A stretch of 63,947 nt of DNA, counting the filler, from an uncultured bacterium (GTDB lineage: Bacteria > CAZSTA01), in the NCBI GenBank assembly GCA_964609495.1. It is 3 parts of 3 records of this genome, joined end to end, with 100 filler letters (N's around TTAATTAATTAA, not from the genome) between each part and the next. Parts side by side here need not be neighbours in the genome. Positions count along the whole stretch, not along the records: positions 28,451 to 56,534 come from CAZSTA010000025.1; 2 more parts are not named here. One strand, 5' to 3'. The position numbers and the translations under genes are program-made. Below are positions 31,649 to 40,676 of the stretch, piece by piece; positions within the stretch are counted from its first letter, which is position 1; every line of letters starts with the position of its first letter. Under the pieces are notes generated by a model. That model was not told the DNA's origin, ran no database searches, and saw nothing but the letters and a program-made list of their open reading frames with translations.

Positions 31649-32538
31649 TCGTCATCACCCCTCTCGCAGATAAGCCCGTACAATTCGGGCCTTCGGCATT
31701 TCAGGATATCCACCCTCATATTATCTGGCTCGTTATTGGCGATTCTTTCGGGAAGGCAGATCACCCCCGAGGCTAGACGAGGTTCATCCAGGTCCACCAC
31801 CGCGGTGGCTAATCCCGGTCTATGGCCAGTATCTGCTAGGAGATGACCATCCATATCAGCGATCCTCGCTCGACCTGGGTTCTCTCCTTCGGCATAAGGA
31901 GCGTAAGGAGGTGGCTTTATGAAATTAGACTCGACCATATAGACGTTATAATCCATAGCTCTAGCTCGAAATTGTATCTCTAAGCTGAACTCGCTGGGGC
32001 CATGGGCTATGGTGGGCCAGAAGATGATCTCCGCTCCCTTCAGAGTCATAATCCTCACTAGCTCAGGAAAGTAGATATCGAAACAGATCATAATCCCTAT
32101 ACAACCAAAATCGGTGGCGAAGACTAATATCTCATCTCCCGGGGTGATATGTCCATCTCTGATCTCCAGAGGAGTGGGATGAACTTTGCGATATTTCCCA
32201 ATTATCTTTCCCTCACGATCTATCAGAGCCGCGGTATTATAGAGTTTATCATTCTCCCTCTCATGAATAGGGCAGATTATATACATCCTATGTTCCCTTG
32301 CCCTCTTTGCAAAACGATCGGTAAGAGGACCGGGGATTGGTTCAGCTAGAGTGGAGGCATCGGCGGAAGGCACCCCCCTTTCGGCGAATGCCTCAGGCAG
32401 ACAGAGTATATCAACTCTATCCTTCCCCGCCCTATCGACTAGGGAGAGTGCTTGTTCGATATTCTTCTCCTGAGTAGTGGTCTCTCCTCTAGCTGGTATT
32501 AAAAATGAAGCAGTGCTTATCTTTACCAAACGGGACAT
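31645..32538 (-). CDS. Carbon-nitrogen hydrolase (nitrilase/amidase family)
   Basis: E-K-C triad: CLPEA, YRKVH, ICFD..FPE. Confidence 0.92.
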   Translation of the reverse strand: MSRLVKISTASFLIPARGETTTQEKNIEQALSLVDRAGKDRVDILCLPEAFAERGVPSADASTLAEPIPGPLTDRFAKRAREHRMYIICPIHERENDKLYNTAALIDREGKIIGKYRKVHPTPLEIRDGHITPGDEILVFATDFGCIGIMICFDIYFPELVRIMTLKGAEIIFWPTIAHGPSEFSLEIQFRARAMDYNVYMVESNFIKPPPYAPYAEGENPGRARIADMDGHLLADTGHRPGLATAVVDLDEPRLASGVICLPERIANNEPDNMRVDILKCRRPELYGLICERGDDE

Positions 32539-32604
32539 TTCGATCCCTTTTTTCTGATTAGTAATTTAAGTAGCTTCAAAATTTTTTATCCGAGATATTC
32601 GGGC

Positions 32605-33258
32605 TCAAATTTTACTTTCTTTAGCTGGCTTTGCTTTTTTGGCCTTAGCATCCAGATATACAATGATGATCGGGACCAATAGGAATGTAGGCCCGCATAA
32701 TGAGGGCTTTACAAAAGCTACGATAGTCGCAAGTAAAGCTACCAGTGGCTCAACTAAGATCGCTTTCTTTACTGAAGTGATGATTTGAGGATCAAGATCG
32801 GGATCGACCAAACGATGATCTTTGGTGGCATAAGCCCAATTTAAGAAGGAAAAAAACCCGATAAGGAATATATTTAAACTATAAAATGCTTGACTCAGCC
32901 AATCGTTAGTGAAAGTCATTCCAAAAGCATTGGAGTAAGGGATAAGCACAATAGACAGAAGATATAAGATATTTATCCACAGATGCTTCTGATCGGTGTA
33001 TCGCAAATAATGATTTTGTTGATGATTCGAGATCCAGTAGAAAGCCAGAATGATAAAAGTTATGGCGAAAAGACCTACTGTCTGAAATTGCTCAAATAGG
33101 AATTTATGCAACTCCACTGGGGATATATCTATACTTTCGGGGAACTCCAAAAATAAGATCATCAAGATCATAGCAAGCGCGAAGATAGCATCAGTAAGCG
33201 TCTGAATACGATGTAAGGACATCTTGAGCCCTGAATTATGCGAATTTGAACCTTTCAT
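32605..33258 (-). CDS. TMEM175-family potassium channel
   Basis: RIQTLTDAIFALAM and FYWISNH motifs, about 6 TMs. Confidence 0.8.
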   Translation of the reverse strand: MKGSNSHNSGLKMSLHRIQTLTDAIFALAMILMILFLEFPESIDISPVELHKFLFEQFQTVGLFAITFIILAFYWISNHQQNHYLRYTDQKHLWINILYLLSIVLIPYSNAFGMTFTNDWLSQAFYSLNIFLIGFFSFLNWAYATKDHRLVDPDLDPQIITSVKKAILVEPLVALLATIVAFVKPSLCGPTFLLVPIIIVYLDAKAKKAKPAKESKI

Positions 33259-33271
33259 TACTTTCCTCCTA

Positions 33272-34459
33272 TTAAGCTCTTTTCAAAGTTAAAGAAGCTA
33301 AAGACGCGATAACGCTGATAGCAGTAAAGACCTTGAATGCAGTCTGATAGCTCCCACTTATATTACCTACTATATAGCTTCCTAGAAGTAAGGAGGTAGC
33401 TACTCCTAAACCATTCCAAGCAAAGATAGTGGCGATTATCAGTGGTCGCTCCGAGGAAGTGCCTAGATCTCCAGCCCAAGCGGTAGTATTCACCGATACT
33501 ACCGATACTTGGAACCCTAAGAGCGCGCTGGATATAATGAAAGCGGGAAGGCTTCTGAAGTAGGTTAAAGTCAGAGTAGCTATAGCACCTAGAGCAAAGC
33601 TAGTAGCAAAGATCTTAGGCCTTCCGAAAGTGTCGGATAGCTTTCCTCCAAAGAGGCTCAGCAACACGCTCATAAAGTAGTAGAAGACAGTTATCTTGTT
33701 TATCCATGATATCCCTAGACTATCGGCGATCAGAGTCCCCATTGTGCTATAGATAATGCCATAGCCAAATGAACCGATGAAGAGGAACAGAGACACCAAT
33801 AATCCACCTCTCTCGAAGATAAAGCTTTTAAGAAAAGAGAGGCTTACTTTAGCTTTGAGGGGTTGAGTGTAGGGGAGAAGGGAGGAGGTGAACAGAGCGG
33901 GGATGCCACTAATTCCTGCTATCAAGAACATCCATCTGACTCCCCATCGGTTCAAGATGAATCCTAAGAGTAGCACTCCCAAAGCTAATCCAGACCCTAC
34001 GCCGGCGTAGAGAACACCACTCATAATTCCATAATTCTTCTTTTGGGAAAGATCGAGGAGAAGAGAGCTTGCGGCTGTCCAGAATACACCTGCAGCTACC
34101 CCCCACATAGCAGAGGTAGCCAGAAGTATAAAGTAGTTCCTGCTATAAGCGAAGATAAGAGGATAAAGGACATAGCCAGTAGCACCAATTATTATACAGA
34201 GCTTCAGCCCGATCGATCTTTGCAAGCGAAGGCTGAAGAATCGGGCAGGAATTATTATTATATACACGACGGCTAAAACAAAAGTACTCGCCAGAAGAGG
34301 ATAGCCTAGGGAATTTTTCAAATAAGGGATCAGGTAGGGCTGGGTAGCTCCAGCCCCTAGAAATAGAAAGAAACCTGTCCCATAGAAGAGCAGAGCCATC
34401 TTTATGGTGGAAAATTTCCTGTTTTTAATCTCTATACCTCTAGTGGCAGATTTAAACAT
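33272..34459 (-). CDS. MFS transporter
   Basis: About 12 TMs; GKLSDTFGR motif A. Confidence 0.9.
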   Translation of the reverse strand: MFKSATRGIEIKNRKFSTIKMALLFYGTGFFLFLGAGATQPYLIPYLKNSLGYPLLASTFVLAVVYIIIIPARFFSLRLQRSIGLKLCIIIGATGYVLYPLIFAYSRNYFILLATSAMWGVAAGVFWTAASSLLLDLSQKKNYGIMSGVLYAGVGSGLALGVLLLGFILNRWGVRWMFLIAGISGIPALFTSSLLPYTQPLKAKVSLSFLKSFIFERGGLLVSLFLFIGSFGYGIIYSTMGTLIADSLGISWINKITVFYYFMSVLLSLFGGKLSDTFGRPKIFATSFALGAIATLTLTYFRSLPAFIISSALLGFQVSVVSVNTTAWAGDLGTSSERPLIIATIFAWNGLGVATSLLLGSYIVGNISGSYQTAFKVFTAISVIASLASLTLKRA

Positions 34460-34477
34460 AAGTTTCAGTTAATAATG

Positions 34478-34493
34478 AGAGTAAGCAAGTCTC
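34478..34493. repeat. Inverted repeat, left arm (pairs with 35818-35833)
   Basis: AGAGTAAGCAAGTCTC; 15/16 identical to the reverse complement of 35818-35833. Confidence 0.8.
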
Positions 34494-34507
34494 TACATCC
34501 CCCTTGA

Positions 34508-35782
34508 CTATTTACCTGCCAGAGCGGTATCGATCTTTCTGGCAGCCTCGTCTAACACCTCTTGCACAGGCATATTGCCAATGATAGCATTATCCAGTGC
34601 TTCTTGCACGGCATTAGTAATTTGGGGATAATGAGGAGATCTCGGACGCGCCCGACCATATTTCACCATCGCTTCAAAAGCTACGGACCAAGGATGCTCA
34701 TGAACTATAGGGAGTTTCTCAGCTACCGATATACGAGCTCCTGGCGGGCGATATTTAAGAGCGACAGCTCTAGTCCACTCCTCACTAGACAGGAACTCAA
34801 TAACTTTTATCGCCTCATCCAAATGCTTGGTCTTAGAATAGATGCTCCAGTGCCAACCACCGACTCCGCTGACCCTCTTCCCATCGCTGGGCTTAGGCAA
34901 GTGGATCAGATCCCAATTGAAGTTAGGATAACTAGATTTATAACTCGGGATCATATAGGGGCCTAGATGAGACATCGCGATCTTTCCAGCTACGAAAGCA
35001 CCTTCGGGACCAGCTTGAATACTCCCTGCTTTAGGAACTATCTTATACTTATTAACTAAATCGCTCAGGAACTGGATAGCCTCCACAGCTTCGGGTTGAT
35101 TTACCGTAGCCTTGGTTCCATCTTCGTTGATGATGGAGCCACCTTTCATCCAGATATACGGAGTTAATATCCACATCGCATACTCGTTACGTCCCAGAAC
35201 TAGCTCCATCCCATACTGATCTGTTTTTCCATCACCATCGATATCAACCGTTAATTTCTCTCCTCTTTCGACCAGTTCCTCCCACGTATCTGGAGGCTCC
35301 AAGCCAGCCTCAGCGAGGATATCACGATTATAGAAGAGGGCATGGCAGTTGGTCTCCTGAGCGATAGCATAGGTCTTACCATCCCATGTCATCTCATCGA
35401 GAGCTGGTTCGAAGTAATCGTTTATCAGATCGGCTGGAAGATAATCATCCAAAGGCGTCAACAAACCGCGGTAGGCATAGGCAGCTGAGTTAATCCCATC
35501 TACTCCGAAGAGATCTGGAAGCTGACCCGCCGCCGCAGATATGCGAAACTTCTGCTCGTAGTCAGGAACTTGGCTATATTGGAGTTTTATATCAGGATTC
35601 TCCGTCTCGAACTTCTTGAATAGCTCCTGAACTACTTGAGCGTATTCATCTCCTGACCTAGCATCGAAATTCCAAGGTCCCCACATAGTAATAGTTGTTG
35701 CCCCATAAGTGGATATTACGGAGAAACTAGATATCAAAATCATAATCCCTAAGGTTACAAACAACCTCTCCCTAAATTTCAT
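34508..35782 (-). CDS. Sugar ABC transporter substrate-binding protein (family 1)
   Basis: Signal peptide, FETENPDI, LPDL, LFYNRDIL, PPDTWEEL, DIDGDGKTDQYG loop, GGW. Confidence 0.92.
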   Translation of the reverse strand: MKFRERLFVTLGIMILISSFSVISTYGATTITMWGPWNFDARSGDEYAQVVQELFKKFETENPDIKLQYSQVPDYEQKFRISAAAGQLPDLFGVDGINSAAYAYRGLLTPLDDYLPADLINDYFEPALDEMTWDGKTYAIAQETNCHALFYNRDILAEAGLEPPDTWEELVERGEKLTVDIDGDGKTDQYGMELVLGRNEYAMWILTPYIWMKGGSIINEDGTKATVNQPEAVEAIQFLSDLVNKYKIVPKAGSIQAGPEGAFVAGKIAMSHLGPYMIPSYKSSYPNFNWDLIHLPKPSDGKRVSGVGGWHWSIYSKTKHLDEAIKVIEFLSSEEWTRAVALKYRPPGARISVAEKLPIVHEHPWSVAFEAMVKYGRARPRSPHYPQITNAVQEALDNAIIGNMPVQEVLDEAARKIDTALAGK

Positions 35783-35817
35783 ATTCTACCTCCTTAATTT
35801 AAATTTGATGAAAATTT

Positions 35818-35833
35818 GAAACTTGCTTACTCT
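35818..35833. repeat. Inverted repeat, right arm (pairs with 34478-34493)
   Basis: GAAACTTGCTTACTCT. Confidence 0.8.
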
Positions 35834-35838
35834 TTAGG

Positions 35839-35867
35839 ATTATACTATAGTTATACTGACAAGTCAA
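35839..35867 (-). promoter_or_regulatory. sigma70 promoter of the catabolic operon
   Basis: TTGACT-17 bp-TATAAT on minus strand. Confidence 0.75.
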
Positions 35868-35922
35868 GGAAAATTGATCCGAGCATATAAACTTCATATA
35901 CCTGAAATGTCAAAAATTTTGA

Positions 35923-35951
35923 TTGACAAAAGATAGATAAAGGGTTATAAT
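35923..35951 (+). promoter_or_regulatory. sigma70 promoter of thiT
   Basis: TTGACA-17 bp-TATAAT. Confidence 0.8.
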
Positions 35952-35976
35952 TAAGATGGATTGAAAAGAGAATATA

Positions 35977-36070
35977 CACCCAGGGGTGCCTGCTAATATC
36001 ATTGATATGAAAGCAGGCTGAGATCAGACCCTTTGAACCTGATCTGGATAATACCAGCGTAGGGAAGGTT
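35977..36070 (+). ncRNA. TPP riboswitch
   Basis: AGGGGTGC...GCTGAGA...ACCC..TGAACCTGATCTGGATAATACCAGCGTAGGGAA, upstream of thiT. Confidence 0.97.
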
Positions 36071-36085
36071 ATTAAGATATTTTTT

Positions 36086-36128
36086 AGCCATAGTCTCCAG
36101 ATCAGGGAAACTATGGCTTTTATTTTTT
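36086..36128 (+). terminator. Riboswitch expression-platform terminator
   Basis: AGCCATAGT...ACTATGGCT followed by TTTATTTTT. Confidence 0.85.
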
Positions 36129-36142
36129 GGAGGTGAGATGAT

Positions 36143-36691
36143 ATGGCTGAGAAAGGAGAAAAATTTACAGCTTTGGAGATCGTCGAGGTAGGATTGGTTG
36201 TGGGGTTAGCTCTACTTTTGAGCGTATTTAAATTTCTGCCTATGCCTCAAGGAGGATCGGTGTCGCTGGAGATGGTTCCTATCTTCTTTATAGCTTCGCG
36301 AAGAGGATTAAAAATAGGGATAGTAGCAGGAGCAATATTAGGATTGCTCAAGTTAATAGTCGAACCTTTCATCGTCCATCCCGTTCAATTGATTCTGGAC
36401 TACCCCTTAGCCTTTGGGCTAATTGGGCTTGCTGGTTTAGCCAAGGGAGGAACATTACCTAAGATATTAGGAGGAATAGCTCTTGGCTCTCTGGGACGAT
36501 TTATCCCCCATGTGCTATCAGGAGTTGTATTCTTCGCTTCTTATGCTCCTGAGGGGACGAATGTCTGGATATATTCTCTAGGATATAACGCTTCCTACTT
36601 AGTTCCCGAGACTATCATTTGCTTGATCCTAGTTCCCATTCTAATTAAAATAATTCCGCCTCTACCGAGATCTAAAGAGGCTGGAGACTAG
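36143..36691 (+). CDS. thiT: Energy-coupled thiamine transporter S component
   Basis: MPQGGSVS, HPVQLILDYPLAF, SGVVFFASYAP, YNASY; under a TPP riboswitch. Confidence 0.95.
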   Translation: MAEKGEKFTALEIVEVGLVVGLALLLSVFKFLPMPQGGSVSLEMVPIFFIASRRGLKIGIVAGAILGLLKLIVEPFIVHPVQLILDYPLAFGLIGLAGLAKGGTLPKILGGIALGSLGRFIPHVLSGVVFFASYAPEGTNVWIYSLGYNASYLVPETIICLILVPILIKIIPPLPRSKEAGD

Positions 36692-36723
36692 ATTCTCATA
36701 GCAGAGAGTAAGGGGGGAAACTA

Positions 36724-37383
36724 TTGAAGGATATCGAAGCAAAGAGAGCAGTGATTATCGCCAATGGGGATATAAAGGATGACGAATTTTATGTAAACCT
36801 CATTCGGTCAACTGATATTATTATCTGTGTCGATGGAGGAACCCATAACGCTCTTAAATTAGGGCTTAAGCCAGAGGTGATAATAGGTGATCTAGATTCA
36901 CTTACCGATGAGCTTCGCGATACTCTTGCAAATTGTGAGTTTATAATACATCCCGATCCAGTTAACAAAGACGAGACAGATCTTGAACTATCTCTAAGAT
37001 ACGCTATAGCTCAGGGATTTTCAGAGATCATAATTTTGGGAGCTTTAGGGAAAAGATTAGATCACACTCTTGCAAACCTTCTCCTGCTGGCGGAAACCGC
37101 AAAGAAGGGAATCAAAGCTAAAATGTTAGATGAGAGGCAGGAGATATTTATGATCACCGATTCAGTAGAATTTGAAGGTGAAGTTGGAGATATAGTTTCT
37201 CTCCTCCCTCTTACCGAGAAGGTGACAGGAATCTATACCAAGGGATTACAATATAAATTAGAGAATGGAACTCTTCACTTTGGACTCACCCTAGGAGTAA
37301 GCAATATTATGACTTCAAGACAAGCTAGTATCAAAATCGGAGATGGTATCCTGCTAGCTGTAAGAGTGTTCAATTGTATATAA
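36724..37383 (+). CDS. thiN: Thiamine diphosphokinase
   Basis: IIANG, VDGG, GDLDS, KDETD, GKRLDH, GVSN. Confidence 0.93.
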   Translation: MKDIEAKRAVIIANGDIKDDEFYVNLIRSTDIIICVDGGTHNALKLGLKPEVIIGDLDSLTDELRDTLANCEFIIHPDPVNKDETDLELSLRYAIAQGFSEIIILGALGKRLDHTLANLLLLAETAKKGIKAKMLDERQEIFMITDSVEFEGEVGDIVSLLPLTEKVTGIYTKGLQYKLENGTLHFGLTLGVSNIMTSRQASIKIGDGILLAVRVFNCI

Positions 37384-37549
37384 CATCAAGGATAATCCTT
37401 TGAATCCTCCGAGTTTCAGCATAAGCTGGTAAGTTCGGTATCGAGTTGTCTTCATCTCCTACTCTTACCATCCTCGAAGAGAAAATTATCTTTCCAATCT
37501 TTTTCGCGCTCCTCGCCCAAAAATATTTTCACATTTTTTAAAAAATTAG

Positions 37550-37598
37550 TTGCTAAATTGGAAAAAATATGTTATAATATAAATCGAACTTATGTTCG
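37550..37598 (+). promoter_or_regulatory. lexA promoter with SOS (Cheo) box
   Basis: TTGCTA-17 bp-TATAAT, then perfect CGAAC-TTAT-GTTCG at 37585-37598. Confidence 0.9.
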
Positions 37599-37628
37599 TA
37601 GGATTAATCTATACTCAAGGAGAGGTAA

Positions 37629-38234
37629 ATGAACGAAAAGTTAACCGAAAAACAGAGGAAGGTTCTCGAGGCCATTAAGGGATTTTGGAGGGAGTTCAGT
37701 ATAGCTCCTAGCATTCGGGAGCTATGTAAGATCACTGGCTTAAGCTCTACCTCTACCATTCATGCTCACTTGAAGGCTCTTGAGAAGAAGGGATATATCG
37801 ATAAATATTCGAATAAACCTCGGGGGATAGCTCTGAAGGATGGCTATAATTTCACAAGGGTGCCCTTAGTAGGAAGGATCGCGGCAGGTGAACCTATAGA
37901 TGCTGAGGAGAATATCGAGGAATATTATCCTTTCCCCTCGGGACTGCTACCTAGAGAAGACGTATTTATGCTTGAGGTTAAAGGAGAGAGTATGATCGAG
38001 GAGGGGATCAAGGAAGGAGATTATGTGATAGCAGTTTGCCAAAATACTGCTGATAATGGTGACATAGTGGTAGCCCTTCTTGATGGTCAGCAGGGTAAGG
38101 AAGCAACGGTAAAGCGCTTCTACAAAGATAATGATGCTATACGTCTTCAACCGGCAAATCGAACGATGATGCCGATAATAGCCAGAGATATAGAGATTCA
38201 GGGCAAGGTCATCGCGGTCTTTCGCCGTTTTTAA
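37629..38234 (+). CDS. lexA: SOS repressor LexA
   Basis: PSIRELC...SSTSTIH HTH, IAAGEP cleavage site, GESM and TVKR catalytic dyad. Confidence 0.97.
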   Translation: MNEKLTEKQRKVLEAIKGFWREFSIAPSIRELCKITGLSSTSTIHAHLKALEKKGYIDKYSNKPRGIALKDGYNFTRVPLVGRIAAGEPIDAEENIEEYYPFPSGLLPREDVFMLEVKGESMIEEGIKEGDYVIAVCQNTADNGDIVVALLDGQQGKEATVKRFYKDNDAIRLQPANRTMMPIIARDIEIQGKVIAVFRRF

Positions 38235-38316
38235 ATGGCAATCGAAAACTTTGACTTCAAACTAGGAGACAAAAATCTGTCCCTCTCAAGAGACTAGAGG
38301 TAGATCACCTCTCTAT

Positions 38317-38622
38317 CTAATCTCCACCGATATACTTTGTTTCTTTTAGATACTTCGTTTGAAGATCGGTCAAGACCGTAGTCAATATCTTCTCCTCGTC
38401 CTGGGCTAAATTCCCCTTCGTCTTCTCCTCCAACATAACTAGGGTATCGATAATATGCTTAGCTTGATCGAGATCCTTATTAGGCTCCTTAGTTTCTGGA
38501 TCGGGTATCTCTCCTAAAAAGTAGAGGGCTGAAGCTGCCAATCCCACCACGAATTGGGCGAAGTTTACTCCTCCGCTCTGACCAACCTGCTGGAAAGAAT
38601 TTTTCTTCTCCTCATCACTCAT
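38317..38622 (-). CDS. DUF1844 family protein
   Basis: LGEIPDP, DLDQAKHIIDTL, EKTKGNL. Confidence 0.85.
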   Translation of the reverse strand: MSDEEKKNSFQQVGQSGGVNFAQFVVGLAASALYFLGEIPDPETKEPNKDLDQAKHIIDTLVMLEEKTKGNLAQDEEKILTTVLTDLQTKYLKETKYIGGD

Positions 38623-38713
38623 TTATGATCACCTCGCTTGTAGCTATTGAAATACAGGAGGAAATTTAGTATAATATAGATTGAGGATAATTATAATTCG
38701 GAGGGGTGTCCAA

Positions 38714-39094
38714 ATGTCAGAGGATAGAGTTGCTGAGGATGAACAAAACAAGATAAATCTAATCTCTTCTTTGCCATATTTTATCGGTTGGATGAGCTAT
38801 TGGGGAATCATATCAGGAGCGATAGTATTCATAACGCAGAAGGAGAGCAAAGCAAGATTTTATGGCGCTCAAGCGGGTGTTCTGAGCCTGATATGGGGTA
38901 TATTCTGCCTCATTTGGGGTAAGTCGCAGTATAACTATAGTCCCTTCTCTATCATCTCTCGTGGTTTTTATCCCTTGGTAGCGATCGCAGTGGCAATTTA
39001 CTTTATCTATCTTGGATGGAAAATATATAAAGGACACCAAGTTCAAATATCTTATATAAGCGATATAGCCTATAGATTACTTAAAAATCTATGA
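38714..39094 (+). CDS. DUF4870-like membrane protein
   Basis: TM helices, ARFYGAQA motif; start at ATG after GGAGGGG. Confidence 0.6.
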   Translation: MSEDRVAEDEQNKINLISSLPYFIGWMSYWGIISGAIVFITQKESKARFYGAQAGVLSLIWGIFCLIWGKSQYNYSPFSIISRGFYPLVAIAVAIYFIYLGWKIYKGHQVQISYISDIAYRLLKNL

Positions 39095-39096
39095 GG

Positions 39097-40668
39097 CTAT
39101 TTAATATTGAACTCACTTTTAAGCCTATCTAAGATAGCGGAAAGGCGACGGATTAGGATCTCGGGTTCCACAATAACTAGATAACTACCTTTCCTCGTTT
39201 TAGCAAAGATCCTCAGTGGTTCGATCGACAGTAACTCTAATATCTCTTCCACCTCATTTACCCTATATGCTCCTGCCTCGAATTCAACCCCTAACTCTTG
39301 AACTAATTTCTCCACAGTTGTCTGCCCTTGTTGAGCGAATATATCTCGGCTCCTCTTCAGAATAAGCGAAAGCAATTTAACCTTACGATCGATGTTAGCT
39401 TTTTTCCTAAGTAGATTATCTACCTCCGAATCAACATTCCCTGGTTTGATAAACAATCTCTTAAGATCTAATAGAGAGAAGGATATATCCTCATGAGCCT
39501 TTATGATCCTAAGCAACCCCTCGGTTCTCAGAAGTGATACCTTCGCCTCATAAGCTTTATCAGCGAGCTTCTGTCCCTCGAATTGAGAGCTTACGAGTGC
39601 TGAAAATTCTGCTTTTTCCGTTTCCACGGCCCTCTTTAATTTATCCCAATGTTCATAATCGGTTAAGGACATACTCTCGGGAACAACCTCGGCATCAACG
39701 AGGACTCGATATTCTACCGCTGGTGAAGGTGAGGTCAATATTAGCATTTTGCGACCTTCGAAGTTTTTGATCTCAACATCAAAACCAAGAAAGGAGAAAC
39801 CATTCTTCAATGATCCTTTAAATTGCTCTGCTTCCTCGACCTCAAATTGAGATAAGGATAGGTCTTGATACACCTTTTGAGCTGAGTAGCTCTTATCCCT
39901 TAAGAGCCAAGTATTATCTTCTCCCTGGATAAAGATTTCATTGCTCTTTAAGATGCTCTCGATCAGAGGCTTCAAATCCTCCTTAGTTTCCTCACTATCT
40001 CTACTTATATTTTCTGTCATTTCCTCCAATCCGATCGGCTTACCACTTGATTTTAGGAGGTTCTTCAAAGGGGTTAGAAGATTGTCCTTCTTCTTAAATT
40101 CTTTCTTAGGTTCAATACTAATCTGATATCTTTTGAGCTCGTAATCAATTATACTCAAGTAGATAACATCATTTGCTTCCAAGTTAGTCTTGGTATAAAA
40201 ATCTTTTAAACCATATATATACCCCCTATGATTATCAACTACTACCGTGAATTCGTTGTCCTCATCATCTATAAGGGTAATAGGCACTCTAGCTGGTTCT
40301 TTGGGAAAGAAGGGGCGGAGATATTTAGCTAAATATATAAATCCATTCCGCGAACATAAACTTGTTAAGGTATATTTTAAGGTCTCTCCCGCATAGAGCC
40401 ACTTGGTTAATCCCCATACCCCCTTATCCACACTTAAGAATCGCTTATCCCCACTTAAAGCGATATTCACCGCCTGATATGGATTCTCCCCTATAAAGGG
40501 ACGTATCTTTAAAAGTTCCTCGGTTATTTCCTTATAGGCTAGAGGCTTTCCTCTTCTCCTCAATATCTCATAAGCCAAATCCACCAATGATCCATCTCGA
40601 TCTAGGGGGATATATTCATCGCCTCTATCCTGTCGGTTTAAATCATCTTCAAGAGTCACTTTACTCAC
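39097..40668 (-). CDS. HARE-HTH / winged-helix protein with degenerate restriction-endonuclease-like domain
   Basis: N-terminal SLVDLAYEIL...DKRF....GVWGL (RNAP delta/HARE-HTH-like); second wHTH; GFSFLGFDV...VLVDA REase-like segment. Confidence 0.6.
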   Translation of the reverse strand: MSKVTLEDDLNRQDRGDEYIPLDRDGSLVDLAYEILRRRGKPLAYKEITEELLKIRPFIGENPYQAVNIALSGDKRFLSVDKGVWGLTKWLYAGETLKYTLTSLCSRNGFIYLAKYLRPFFPKEPARVPITLIDDEDNEFTVVVDNHRGYIYGLKDFYTKTNLEANDVIYLSIIDYELKRYQISIEPKKEFKKKDNLLTPLKNLLKSSGKPIGLEEMTENISRDSEETKEDLKPLIESILKSNEIFIQGEDNTWLLRDKSYSAQKVYQDLSLSQFEVEEAEQFKGSLKNGFSFLGFDVEIKNFEGRKMLILTSPSPAVEYRVLVDAEVVPESMSLTDYEHWDKLKRAVETEKAEFSALVSSQFEGQKLADKAYEAKVSLLRTEGLLRIIKAHEDISFSLLDLKRLFIKPGNVDSEVDNLLRKKANIDRKVKLLSLILKRSRDIFAQQGQTTVEKLVQELGVEFEAGAYRVNEVEEILELLSIEPLRIFAKTRKGSYLVIVEPEILIRRLSAILDRLKSEFNIK

Positions 40669-40676
40669 ACTCCTCT

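Noticed and set aside
37355..37454. 33-codon minus-strand ORF divergent from lexA (yneA position)
   Set aside because: No LysM or TM features, poorly spaced RBS, and it overlaps the thiN end
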